Below, piece after piece: positions 23,584 to 35,768 of a stretch of 64,000 nucleotides of DNA. The stretch comes from Psammoneis japonica. Its lineage: Eukaryota. The translations under genes and the position numbers were made by a program. The stretch lies in the NCBI GenBank assembly GCA_008632985.1, contig QPGO01000134.1, positions 1 through 64,000 of the forward strand, read 5' to 3'. Each line of letters begins with the position of its first letter. Within the stretch, counting starts at the first letter, position 1. The notes below the pieces were generated by a model, which worked only from the letters and a program-made list of their open reading frames with translations, made no database searches and had not been told where the DNA came from.

Positions 23584-23703
23584 CACAGACAGGTGATTTG
23601 TTCAATTGGCACTTTGGTTCCATCTTTTGCTCCCTCAGAGATTGCACAGACAGGTGATTTGTTCAATCGGCACTTTGGTTCCATCTTTTGCTCCCTCGGA
23701 GAT
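23584..23703. repeat. 61-bp direct tandem duplication
   Basis: GCACAGACAGGTGATTTGTTCAAT...CTTTTGCTCCCTC occurs twice. The internal differences are at CpG sites (AATTGG vs AATCGG, CTCAGA vs CTCGGA). Confidence 0.9.
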
Positions 23704-24064
23704 CAATTGGCATGTTCCCTGGAGCTGTTCAAAGGATGCGACCTTTGCACAACAAAGTCGAGAGTTTCTCCCACTGCCTGCCCAGCCATCGATTCCATCC
23801 AAGCCGATTCACTTGCCGCATGAAAAGCTTTGTCCCAGGGCACATTGGCAACTGAATCTCGAGGAAAATGAGTTGAAAAAAGTAAGGTAAGGTGGTTATT
23901 ACTAATGCTGTACTAATGGCTAGCATCTCTCTACTCTAGCTAGAGCGAGCAGGGTTTGAGTCACGACAGCTGTCATGGAAGTTGCGAGTGCTGTACCCGT
24001 GATGGCCAATGTCAAAAACTGCGCGGTAGACAGCGCGATGGCGGCGGGCGCTTCCAGAGCTAAC

Positions 24065-24271
24065 TGGGGGGCGTCTTTGGAAGTGAGATCGTCGAAGGCG
24101 GTCTGATCGCCAGTGCGTTTGGGGTTTTCCCAGTACAATTTGTACGCAAAAAAAAAACGCGTAGGATCTATCCAGAGGTCCCAAATACCCAATCGCACTG
24201 ATTGACAGACTGTTTTAGTACAAATTCTACGTAACTTTCTTCGACAGTCTCACTTCCAAAGACGCCCCCCA
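24065..24271. mobile_element. Small non-autonomous TIR element (MITE-like)
   Basis: ~33-bp terminal inverted repeats, TGGGGGGCGTCTTTGGAAGTGAGA..GTCGAAG / CTTCGAC..TCTCACTTCCAAAGACGCCCCCCA, flanked on both sides by TAAC. Confidence 0.75.
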
Positions 24272-24558
24272 TAACGCAGAACTGGGAACACGCCAAGACT
24301 TATTCCGACGACACTCCTCTCCGGCCTCATACTGTAGCCCTACTGTAGAGCTTAGTTGTCCCCTTGTTGCTTCATTTCGCCTTTGTAAAGGTAAGTAGCC
24401 TCACTGCTGAGTGTGATGCGGCGAGAAGACGAGAAGAACGCAAGAGGGCATACGTCGCTGACCCCATTCTCACCTGCTGTTGCTTCTTCTTCTTCTCTTC
24501 TTAAAACGAACAGACCACAGCGTATAGCGCCGCCGCCAATCCCCCGAAAGCTACTTGT

Positions 24559-26456
24559 ATGATGTCCGAAGCTGCAGCATCAGAAAAACGAAAGCCATCA
24601 ACTGTTGTGGCACCAGCAGCCAAAGATGAGAACGACGACGACAAGAGCAGCAGCAGCAGTCAGCCTCCGGCTAAAAAGATGCGACTTGCAACGGTAGCAG
24701 CAAAATCAAACAGCGAGGAGGGCGCTGATGCTGTTTGCGGACGACAATGATGATGCCACGAACGACAAGAAAAGCAATACGGCCACCACCGAAAAGTACA
24801 ACACAATGTTGGAGGAAATCAAAAAAGGGAACGAAAAACCGTTTTATGACTTTGTTCAAACCATCTGCAGCCGTCTAAAAGAATCGCCTGACTTTCTCCA
24901 GGAAGAAGGCATCACTGATATTTTCATTGTTTATGCAGCCGTCATGTGTGATGGCAACCAACTTGCCAATGCCCCAAAACATCTCAAGGACAATAAAACT
25001 ATTGTCAAAGCTGCGTTGCAACAAAATGGTCGCTCGCTGAAATTCGCTTCCAGACGCTGGCGCGGCGACAAGGAGATGGTCAAATTGTCAATGCATAAAG
25101 AAGGGTACCCGCTCCTGTTTGCGGCCGAAAAACTCCGGGACGACAAGGAGCTTGTCATTATGGCTTTGAAACGGTCCTACTTTTCTCTCGAGCATGCCTC
25201 GGACCGTCTCAAGAACGATATAGAAGTGGTGGAAGAGGCCATCGACTACAACCCCGAGTATTTTTGCTACGCGTCTGACGCAATTAAAAAGAATACTGAT
25301 TGCGTGTTACGCCTTCTGGCAACAAATAGATACGTCGTCGAATACATTGGTCGAGAACTGCTTCTTGCGGTGGTTCAAGTGAAAGGAAAGTCTTACCTAT
25401 GCAGATGATGCATACAAATCTGATCCTGAAATTGTCTTGGCGGCAATCACACAGGATCCTGATTACTGGCATTGTGTGGGAGGTGACCTGAAAGCCGACC
25501 GTGAGTTTGTCTTGACAATTTTACGCAATGCTCCTCCGGGAAGAAAATTCTATTCTATATTGCACTACGTCCTTGACAGTGAATCAGAATTTTATTCTGA
25601 CCCAGAATTCACCCGATTCGTGCTTGAACGCCAGGACTTCAGCTTGCGGCATGTTTGGGACTTGAGGTGGGATTACGGCTTTGTATTGGCTGCCGTCCAG
25701 CTTCACGATGGACGCATGAGAGCTTCTGCTGCGCTTAGTGATTTCGACGCAAACTATCAGGTTGGCAAGCCCGAATTGTCTTTTGCGTCGGAGCGGTTGC
25801 GTGCAAATTTCAGAATTGTCTTGGCTGCAGTCGAAACGTGTGGTTCGGCCCTCGAGTTTGCATCAGAAGCTCTGCGTGACAATCGCGACATTGACTTGGC
25901 AGCCATCAAGAATGACCTGCAGGCCATCAAGTACGCTTCGGATCGTCTCAAGGGCACACGAGAAATTGCCATGGTGGTGGTCCAGAGTCCGGGTGGTTCA
26001 CTTGCACATGTTCTGCCGCGTCACCAAGAGGATTCAGGCGTTGTTGTGGCTGCCATTAAGTCACCTGGATTTCACATTTCCGAGCTACCTGCTATTTGGG
26101 TACCTCGTCTTCTGGCAGTTGTATCCGGCGTAAAGGAGCAGATTGAAAAGGACCAAGGAGGGGGTGTTGGAATGTTTGGGGGAACTGTCAGTTTCCTCAA
26201 TGAGAAGTATGCCCGAGATGTGCTGATCTATCGCATCTTAATGAAGCATTGGATGGTGCAGCAGAAAATAACTCCAGGAGTGGACAAGGACAACATCAAA
26301 ATGATTCTCGAATATGCGGGGGTTGAGGAGGAGATTGAGCTGGCCAGAGAGCTGATCCGCCTGGCCCCGATTTTCGTTGCTCTTGCCTCCCACCACTGCC
26401 TCTCCTGGGCGGCCCTGCCGGCTGTTTTACCGAGACAAACGGACGATGACGAGTAA
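24559..26456 (+). CDS. DUF4116-repeat protein, copy 1 (frameshifts near 24730 and 25390)
   Basis: Repeated ALEFASEALRDNRDI / LKFAS...DKEMV-type motifs. Highly similar to 28808-30932. Confidence 0.8.
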
Positions 26457-26779
26457 TGTGGAGCCAGGTATATTCTAGTGGTGAAAATGGCATGTATTGT
26501 AGGGACCGTAATTGAGTAAAAGCATTTCGGGAGTGCAACGCACTAGTGGCTTCGTGGTTGTTCATCCCTTATCTCGCTGTTGCCACAAAGTAGCCGCCGA
26601 GACGAGTCTGATGACCCCCTCAGTGCATTGGACCCTTTTGAATTATGTGAGGTCCTCAGTTTGAATTGTTGGCAACTAGATTGATGGTACAACGTAACAT
26701 CTCTCTTGGATGGAAGAATGAAGAGAAAGCTGAAGCAAGAACTCAAACCTCAAAAGAAACGATGAAATGATGCACATCA

Positions 26780-27000
26780 TGAAGCAAGAAATTTGCCGTC
26801 GCTCCAAAGGCGGTTGTGGAAGCATTGATTCTCCAGGTGATGTTTCAGCTGTGTCAGAGGCTCAGATGGATGACTGCATCAGCACGAGATTCACCCTTGC
26901 TCCAAAGGAGGGTGTGTGTGGAAACACTGGGCCTGTGATTCCATCTGGAGCTGCAACCATGTTCGCTGCCCAGATTGACATCCATCTTGGCCAGGAGACA
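26780..27000 (+). pseudogene. Possible FKBP-type PPIase fragment (decayed)
   Basis: RFTLAPKEGVCGNTGPVIPSGAATMF resembles the FKBP C-terminal GYG..G.VIP.GATL.F motif. It lies in an insertion unique to copy 1 of the duplication. Confidence 0.3.
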
Positions 27001-27039
27001 AAAACCACTGGCACTCATCTCACAAAGATGAGAAGTCTG

Positions 27040-27530
27040 ATGAAGAAAGCCAGCCGCTGCAGAAACAAGAATGGCATCATTCATCAGAACAAGCTCAGAG
27101 AATCTTGAAAGACCAACAAGTGCACAGCTCTGCTGGCATTGAGGTTGCTGTGGTTGAAAGGCCTTGCATCGCCAACACCTCCAGACAGTGCAAAACACAT
27201 GGCAAACTGCAAGTCAAAACCAAACGCATCCCACAGATGCCACAACATTTTTCAATGTCAAACAACAGCCATGGCAAAGTCACAGATCCAGACCTCCACA
27301 CAGTTGTGCCAAGCAGGGACAGGCTGAATGGAGGCGTGGTTGGCACCCTTGGTTTCAGGATGCTGCATGTGGGAGCCAATGGGAGCATGTTGACAAAAAC
27401 ATGAGTGCTCACAATGTGGCAGCTCCACTGGCTTCAATGTCCTTGATGCTCTAGAAGGCATCCATCGCACAGTCTTCAAGAGCTGTCACAAAGTAGCTTT
27501 CCACAAAATCACTGCGCAGATCGCCATCCT
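27040..27530 (-). pseudogene. Decayed, internally deleted paralogue of the 31344-32858 gene and its 3' flank
   Basis: 27040-27275 aligns with ~31115-31365, and 27275-27530 aligns with ~32150-32410. Many differences are TA->CA/TG or CG->TG/CA. Confidence 0.85.
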
Positions 27531-27539
27531 GCCCTTCAG

Positions 27540-28232
27540 CACATTTCCCACAGTTGTGAAAAGGTGTGCAGAACAAAAAGTGAGCATGGAGATGTCCATG
27601 ACATTGTCAATGTCCACCTTGCCAATGCAACAAACAACAGTGATTTCACACTGAAGAGCACAAAACAGTGTCATGGCAAGTGAGGGTTGGCTGGCAGAAT
27701 GTGAAATGCAAACAAGGACACTCTGGCACAACAGAACAACAGTGTTGTGCTGTGTTCTCACCCGCTTGTTTGCTTTTCCACCAGATTCTGCGCCTGTCAC
27801 AGAGCACTTGACCACAGCAACAAATGCCTTGGTTTTGCTCTCAAAGCATTCTGCCTCATTATTCATGTGCACATCATGCCTCTTGCTCCAGATTGCCTTC
27901 TCTCCATCACCATCGCCAGTTTGGGACATTCGGCTTTTCAGGAGATGCGCTGTTCGCGTTGCTTGCAAGTGCAACACCAGCCAGTTTCCCAATTGCAGCT
28001 CCATGCTTTTGCCCCAGCTGCATGCTGAGCAACCTTCTGGTGGTCTCTTCATGCACTTGCTGGCCTTGGCAGTGCAAGTTGCAACAGCGCACTTGCGCCC
28101 CTTCAGAGCTCTTCGTTGCCAAGCTTGCTGTGTGGTGTCTTCTTCCATCTTCTTGTTGACTTGCTTGCTCCACAACAAAAGTGCTTGGATGCTGACAAAT
28201 GAGTTTGGTTGCTGCATTGAAGTGTTCATCAC
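27540..28232 (-). pseudogene. TpA-depleted decayed ORF of unknown origin
   Basis: Long Tyr-free ORF (27486-28232) inside the depleted block, with no family recognised. Confidence 0.3.
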
Positions 28233-28807
28233 AGACTATTTGTGAGTTGTGGAGTTTATTTCAATTTGTACAGAGCGATGAACAGAGAGAGAGTTTGGGA
28301 GAGAGATCGCACAGCTGCACGCACGTGCTATCCGTTCGAACCATTAACTGTACTGGTAGTCGATTGAGTCAATGTCGATACGGTAGGGGCTGTTGTGCTA
28401 ATGTCCTTTAAAAACGTCCTCATGACTGGACATCTTGTATATTTTTGCTTTTTTGGCTTTCGGCGCTGCCAGCTTTCGGCTTTCGGCAGGCTTGCTTTGG
28501 GCGCAAGTTTTCAGTTTTCGGCACACAACACACACCCAACTCAAACTGAAGCTGGAACACGCTACTACTGTAGTGCTGGTAAGACTCCTCTCCTCATAGG
28601 CCTAGGTGTCCCCTTGTTGCTTCATTTCGCCTTATAAAGGTAAGTAGCCTCACTGCTGAGTGTGATGCGGCGAGAAGACGAGAAGAACGCAAGAGGGCAT
28701 ACGTCGCTGACCACATTCTCACCTGCTGTTGCTTCTTCTCTTCTCTTAAAACGAATAGACCACGAGCACACTGTGCCGCCGCCAATCCCCCAAAAGCTAA
28801 TTTTACG

Positions 28808-30932
28808 ATGTCCGAAGCAGCAGCACATCAAAAACGAAAGTCGTCAGCTGTTGAGGTACCAGCAGCCAAAGAAGAGAACGGCGACGACACGAGCAGCATC
28901 AGCAGCAGCCAGCCTCCGGCTAAAAAGATGCGACTTGCCACGGCAGCACCAAAAGCAAACAGCGAGGATGACGCTGCTGCTGCGGACGACAAGAAAATCA
29001 AGGCGGGAAGCGCTGGCATCGACGCCGCCACCTGCGAAAAGTACAACAAAATGTTAGAGGAATACAAGAATGGGAACAAAAAACCGTTTTCCGATTTTGT
29101 TAAAACAATTCGCAGCCGTCTACTAGAATCGCCTGACTGTCTCCGGGAAGAAGCCGATGGATTCCTCGTGATGACAGCCGTCATGTTTTGTGATGGCAAC
29201 CAACTTGCCAACGCCCCAGATCTCCAGGACGATAAAGCTGTTGTCGCAGCAGCGGTGCGTCGTACCGGATATGCACTAGAGCATGCCTCGGATCGTTTGC
29301 GAGGTGATCCTGATATTGTCGTGTCCGCTTTGGAACATGAGTCGCCATATTACTGCTGGAAACGAGGAAGTGTCCTCCAATTTGCCTCCGCAGAGCTGCG
29401 AAATGATAAGAACATTGTTCTGCGTGCCGTGAAAAAGAGTGGATGCGCTTTGAAGTATACATCAGAACAATTGCAAGACGACCCGGATGTCGTGCTGGCA
29501 GCCTTGCAACAAAATGGTCGCTCGCTGCAATTCGCTTCCGGACGCTTCCGCGGCGACAAGGAAACGGTCAAGAAGTCCATACATAAAGAAGGGCATCCGC
29601 TCCAGTTTGCGTCCGAAAAGCTCCGGGACGACAAGGAGCTTGTCATCAAGGCTTTGAGACTTTACAACTTTTCTCTCGTGTACAACTTTTCTCTCGTGCA
29701 TGCCTCGGACCGTCTCAAGAACGATATAGAAGTGGTGGAAGAGGCCATCGACTACAACCCCGAGTATTTTTGCTACGCGTCTGACGCAATTAAAAAGAAT
29801 ACTGATTGCGTGTTACGCCTTCTGGCAACAAATAGATACGTCGTCGAATACATTGGTCGAGAACTGCTTCTTGCGGTGGTTCAAGTGAAAGGAAAGTACC
29901 TTACCTATGCAGATGATGCATACAAATCTGATCCTGAAATTGTCTTGGCGGCAATCACACAGGATCCTGATTGCTGGCATTGTGTGGGAGGTGACCTGAA
30001 AGCCGACCGTGAGTTTGTCTTGACAATTATACGCAATGCTCCGCCGGGAAGAAAATTCTATCGTTTGTTGTACAGCGTCCTTTATCGTGAATCAGAATTT
30101 TATTCTGATCCAGAATTCACCCGATTCGTGCTTGAACGCGAGGACTTTAGCTTGAGGCACGTCTATGGGGACATGAAGTCGGATCACGGCTTTGTCTTGG
30201 CTGCCGTCCAGCTCCACGATGGACGCATGAGAGCTTCTGCTGCGCTTAGAGCTTTCGACGCAAATTATAACGTTGGCAAGCCCGAATTGTCTTTTGCGCC
30301 TGTGCAGTTGCGTGCGAATTTCAGAATTGTCTTGGCTGCAGTCGAAACGTGTGGTTCGGCCCTCGAGTTTGCATCAGAAGCTCTGCGTGACAATCGGGGA
30401 CATTGTCTTGGCAGCCCTCAAGAATGACGGGCAGGCCATCAAGTATGCTTCGGATCGTCTTAAGGGCACACGAGAAATTGCCATGGTGGTGATCCAGAGT
30501 CCGGGTGGTTCACTTGCACATGTTCTGCCGCGTCACCAAGAGGATTCAGGCGTTGTTGTAGCTGCCATTCAGTCACCAGAATTTCATATATCTGAGCTAC
30601 CGGCCATTTGGGTGCCTCGGCTTCTGGCAGTTGTATCCGGCGTAGAGGAGCAGATTCAAAAGGACCAAGGAGGCGGTGTTGGAATGTTTGGGGGAACTGT
30701 CAGTTTCCTGGATGAGAAGTATGCCCGGGATGTGCTGATCTATCGCATCTTAACGAAGCATTGGATGGTGCAGCAGAAAATCACTCACAACATCAAAATG
30801 ATTCTCGAATATGCGGGGGTTGAGGAGGAGATTGGGCTGGCCCTTGAGCTGATCCGCCTGGCCCCGACTTTCGTTGCCCTTGCCTCCCACCAACACATTC
30901 CCTGGACGGCCCTACCAGCTGTTTTACCATGA
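28808..30932 (+). CDS. DUF4116-repeat protein, copy 2 (1-nt frameshift near 30398)
   Basis: ALEHASDRLRGDPDIV, LQFASAELRNDKNIV and LKYTSEQLQDDPDVV repeats. It has extra repeats relative to copy 1. Confidence 0.85.
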
Positions 30933-31343
30933 CAAACGGACGATGACGAATGTGAAGCTAGGAATACTCTAGTGGTGACAATGATCTGTAGTGTAGGGAT
31001 AGTAATTGAGTTGAAGCATTTCGGGAATGCAGCGCACTAGCATCTACGTGTTTCTTCATCCTTTATCTCGTTGTTGCCACAAAGTAGCCGCCGAGACGAG
31101 TCTGACGACTCTTACAAAGAAAATCAGCCGCCGTAGAAATGAGAATGGCAACATTCAGCGGAACAAGCTGAGACAATCTTGAAAGACAAACGCACCGAGG
31201 TTACTTCCACGTCGCTGTGGCTGAAAGGTGTGATATCCCAGATAGTTTGTGAGCTACTTCTAGACAACGCAAGAACGAACGCGACGACAAATTGCAAGTC
31301 AAAACTAAACGTATCATATAGATGCTACAATGTCGTTTCAACA

Positions 31344-32858
31344 TTAAACGGCAATCGCGGCAATGGCAGCGGCAACCAATAATGCGCCCGCCGTCCATGG
31401 AGCAGCCGCAGCACTATCATCAAGTCCACCAACACCGGCTTCACCGGTAACCTCCACTGTGCGAATGAGTTGCTCCTTGAACATGACCTTTACCTTTTCT
31501 GTTCCGGCAGGAACGTCTTGGCTCATGAGCTCATACTCATAGGCACCCATAATGTTGGTAGTCGTGCTTCCAATTTCAACGCCTTCTTCGGTGAAAAAAG
31601 TAATAGGCATGTCGTTCTGGAAAAGGAGAGACTGATGGGTCCCCATCAAGAAGCTCGATTCATCGTCAAGATCGACGACAGTATCGAATTCCGTCTTTCG
31701 TTCGTCATTCAAGACAGTGGTATCAACCTTTCCAATGTTGGGACAGTTGATAAACATGGGAGTGATGAAAAAGTCAAACCCGTTGCTTGAAGTCATTACG
31801 GTATTGCTCGAAGCTTCATTGGCCATGTAGTTGATGGGCAAGCTAGTACCCCAATAGGCTTGCCACAAGGGACTGTAACCAGCATCAGGACGGTCAAGAT
31901 TGATTACGTTGCGCATACCATTCGGGTCGGGACCTCCACCAGTGCCGGGCATGACACCTCGAGAGTATTGATTAATGTGCCAGATTGGGATTGCATTTAC
32001 TTGGTCACTGGCGGCGCTTCCCATACCTGGAGTGACAGAAATCTCAAAACCATTCTTGTCGCCAGCCGCCTTTGGCGAAACGGAAGCACCATCATCGTCC
32101 GAGACGCGAGTAAAGCTAAAGTGGTCGGCGGCCAATTGGTCCGTGACTTCAAAGACATAGGTCCAGACCTCCACACAGTTGTACCAAACAGGGACGGGCT
32201 CAATGGGGGCGCGGTTGGTACCCTTGGTTTCGGGATGCTGCATGTAGGAGCCGGTGGGAACGACTGGCATGTTGACAAGAATATCCGCGCTCGTGACAGC
32301 GGCCCCGCTGGTTTCAATGTCCTTGACGCCCTTGAAGGTATCCGCCACGTAGCCTTCGGGAGCCGTCACAAAGTTGATTTCCATGAAATCACTGTAGAGA
32401 TTGCCATCCGCAGTATGGTACTAATGTTGGAGAGATGAGAGAAAGTAGAGCGTGGGTGACAAAGAAGCTCTGTTCTGGATGCTAAGGTATTCTGACATGT
32501 GCTGCCGACTTACCTCGATAATGGGGCTGCCTACAACACCATCAAAACCTCCCGTGGTCGTTACCAAATACATCTTCTGGATGGGCACATCAGCGGCAGT
32601 CGCCCCGGGAGCAATCAAACCCGGGTAGGTACCGGGAGCAAAGATGCGAAACTTGTAGTAGTGCACCAACGCGTCGTTTAACCACCCGGGGTGGGCGATA
32701 AACAACTTGTTCTCGGCATCGTAGTCCATGTTTTGAGGAGACATTTCTGCGGCTTCGTAGACAGTAGCCGGAGCTTCAGTGATGCACTCAGCGGCATGAG
32801 AAAAAGAAGCCGTGACTAGCGCCAAGGCGGCGGTGAGGACTGAAGACTTGAATTGCAT
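31344..32858 (-). CDS. Secreted or surface protein of unknown function (signal peptide; C-terminal hydrophobic tail, possibly a GPI signal); intron 32421-32513
   Basis: MQFKSSVLTAALALVTASFSHA signal peptide. A GT-AG intron joins PIIE|YHTADG in frame. Contains YSDF and YSPLW motifs. Confidence 0.8.
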
Positions 32859-33669
32859 GGTTGCAGAAGGATAGAGGTTTCGAAGTTGCACACGAAAGAA
32901 TTATGAGATTCAAGGTGGAGAGAGATGAATGAGGATCTGCTGCAGTCCCGTGTACAGGCTTCGAATCATTTAACGTATGCATGCTGACGACAGCTGCCAA
33001 ACGGATCTTGTTTGACGCAGATTCTATGCCTGGGCAATGTGACAAACTCTCAACGAACCAAAGCGAAAATTATGCGAGGCCGGTTACTTAGCTCGAGCCT
33101 CTTAAACTGTTGTCCGAAATGACCCAGGCATGGTAGACCATTAGAGCAACTTCCCAGGCATTTTTCATAGCTTGTCGGAGTCTCAAGTGTCGTCAACACG
33201 GAAAACGGCCCAAGCAGTTTTGCGCTCATCATGGCCGCAACGATGGCGATGGCCGCGCTTTTTTTTGTTGGCTGTTGCGGTACCGGTAGGTGTGCTCATC
33301 GCGCAGGGCCGCGCGATCTCGCTTATCGCTAGAATAATAGAGCTCATGGCTGGATACAATTTCACATGATGAGTCCACTTGAGTTGAGAGCCGTCTCTTG
33401 CGTTTTAATTACACTCTCTCTATAGAGAGAAGACCTACCTGCGGTAATGCATCTGTGGGGCATCGACATTGGGTGTAGAGACCGTCGCTCCCCGCCCCTC
33501 GTACACTAAGCCATTTTAATAGAAAACAGAAGTGCACATAGCAATAATCAGTAGCTGTTCAAGAGAGTAGGAAATTTACCCAAGCTAACGATCTAGCTAG
33601 GCGCAATAGCTTTGAGATCTGCTCTGGCGAGCGCTCTCTAGAAAGGTATCGAACAGTCGCCTCCAGAAA

Positions 33670-34485
33670 TCATGAAATCTTCTTTTTGTTGATTGGCGGT
33701 CGAGCAGACACGACTTCAGACACCATCCAAGGATATCCATCTGGTAACGTTCGAGCCTGATCGACAATGATCCATCCTCTAGCTTCTAGATATGGTCGCA
33801 AGTGCTGAGGCCGACAGCCACCAACCTTTTTCCTGTAAACACGATACAAGATTTCCCACACAAAAGTCATGACACATGTTAAAACTGAGTCCCTATACCC
33901 CCATGTAATACCAGATAACAAAAGCAGGCCATTTGGATCCAAGACGGATTCTGCCAAATCCAATACACGATACATGTCATCTTCCGAAAGCAAGTCCAGA
34001 CAGTAGGTTGACACGAAACGATCCACGGTTGGTACTGATTCTGGAACAAGGACTCGAGATGGATCGCCGTGCTCAATTAGGTCAACACGACATTTGTCTG
34101 AACCAAATCGATCGATACAACGATCCTGAAACCGTTTCACCATGTTTGGACTCTGATCGATTCCCCAATAGTGCAGGTTGCCACCATGTTGCGACAGGAC
34201 CAGCTCGGCCAATTTCCCTTGCCCACAGCCAAAGTCCATGACTGACTTTGCCGATTCAAAATCAGCCATTTTTAAAAGCGCCGATACGGCAGGCCCACCG
34301 TAGCCACTCGAAGCATCCTTTCCTCCCTGTTTGTGGTTTTTGGATGCGAAATCATTGTACACTTGTTTTGCCTCGGCACGGCTGAGCGTCGGGCGATTGT
34401 CAAAGGAAGTCGTTGTCATGCCATTGGTTACACCAATCAACAAGAAACAAGATGAAGAGAACAAGAACGCAAACAAGAACATCAA
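33670..34485 (-). CDS. Class I SAM-dependent methyltransferase
   Basis: VMDFGCGQGKLA (motif I), YWGIDQSPNM, DRFVSTYCLDLL, LDPNGLLLL. The start codon is uncertain. Confidence 0.85.
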   Translation of the reverse strand: MMFLFAFLFSSSCFLLIGVTNGMTTTSFDNRPTLSRAEAKQVYNDFASKNHKQGGKDASSGYGGPAVSALLKMADFESAKSVMDFGCGQGKLAELVLSQHGGNLHYWGIDQSPNMVKRFQDRCIDRFGSDKCRVDLIEHGDPSRVLVPESVPTVDRFVSTYCLDLLSEDDMYRVLDLAESVLDPNGLLLLSGITWGYRDSVLTCVMTFVWEILYRVYRKKVGGCRPQHLRPYLEARGWIIVDQARTLPDGYPWMVSEVVSARPPINKKKIS

Positions 34486-34821
34486 AATAAAGGCTCCGGA
34501 GAAGCTAAAGCGACGCCCGACTACACCAAAATCTCATCGTCGGCATCAGATTGAAGATCAGCGGTGAGGAGTGAGTCAGCCAGGTCTCGCAGGTCGCCGA
34601 TGATTTTTTGGAGCGCGAGCTCGCACCACATTTTCCCGCCAAAAACACGTCACTCGAGTCGTGGTGGCACCAAAGCGTTGTCCATCGCGTTTCTCTCACC
34701 TGACTGACCTTGACTGATGCGGCTACATGTGTCATCGTCACAAGAGTTATCGATGTTGCTGCATGTTTCTCATTAATACCACTCGTCCTCATCAACCAAA
34801 CCGATACTATAACCTCAGAAG

Positions 34822-35621
34822 ATGAAAGCATTCCAATCTCTCCTACTGTTGCCTTTGGCTTGCAATGCATTTCTCACAAGGCCTCATTCTCCAAGACTCG
34901 TCGTCACTTCTCCCAGAACACAACAACCGCTACAAATCAGCCCCGATATTGCCGAGAGCGTGACAAACGCATGGTCATCCTACAACGAAGCACTCGAGGC
35001 GGATCCGCTCTTGATCAAGAGTGTGACGGCCAGTGTTATTTTGGGTGCTGCCGATCTGACGGGACAAGCCTTGGAAAAAGCTCAAAAGGACAGTGCAACA
35101 GACGACGACTCCTCGAGTATTGATTGGGCACGAGCGGCACGGTTTGCAATCTTTGGTTTGGTATTACAAGCGCCTTGGAATCACTTTTATTATCTCCTGT
35201 TGGATGGTGTCCTACCACCGACACCGGAACCTTTCACTGCTACAACGGGAATCAAGGTGGTGATTGATCAATTTGTACAAGCTCCAATCTTTACCGTGTT
35301 GATTTTTGCGTTTCTCGGAACATTGGAAGGAAAGCAGTTGGATGAAGTCAAGAAGCAATTGGATGATGACTATGTTGATACCATGCTTGCAAACTGTAAG
35401 TTGCTGGATGTTTTTGTGACGGACTGCTGTTGAGGAATATGTTCGTCTCACAATCATCTCTCGTTGATTTTTTAGGGAAACTGTGGGTACCAGCTACAGT
35501 TGTCAACATTGCATTCTGTCCTCCAGTGCTACGGGTACTGTTTTTGAATGTCGTCTTTTTCTTTTGGTCCATTTTCCTTTCCTTGAAACTCAACAAGGAT
35601 GCAGCGGTGGAGGAAGCGTAG
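34822..35621 (+). CDS. Mpv17/PMP22 family protein with bipartite plastid presequence; intron ~35396-35475
   Basis: PLLIKSVTASVILGAADLTGQ, KVVIDQFVQAP, NWKLWVPATVVN...RVLFLN. The N-terminus carries an ACNAF motif. Confidence 0.9.
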
Positions 35622-35768
35622 AGACGCGTCAACACAAAAATAGACTTTACACAATGTATAGTCGTACTCAAAAAATTGCAGCCGACGAATAAGAATCAAG
35701 CTAAGAGGTTCCGTCGGTTACCACCCATGAAACGCATGTCAATATCAAGAGAAAAGCTTACTAGTACT

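Larger units (their letters stand above)
16765..23880. mobile_element. Large TpA/CpG-depleted block of decayed repeats and ORF remnants
   Basis: About 7 kb with very few TpA and Cys/His/Gln-rich broken ORFs. It contains a tandem array, a microsatellite and a 61-bp duplication. The return to normal composition at ~23880 is sharp. Confidence 0.7.

Noticed and set aside
8340..23880. Dozens of short Cys/His/Gln-rich ORFs in the depleted blocks that could look like novel metal-binding peptides
   Set aside because: Their composition follows directly from TG/CA enrichment, and where the origin is recognisable they are decayed TE sequence.
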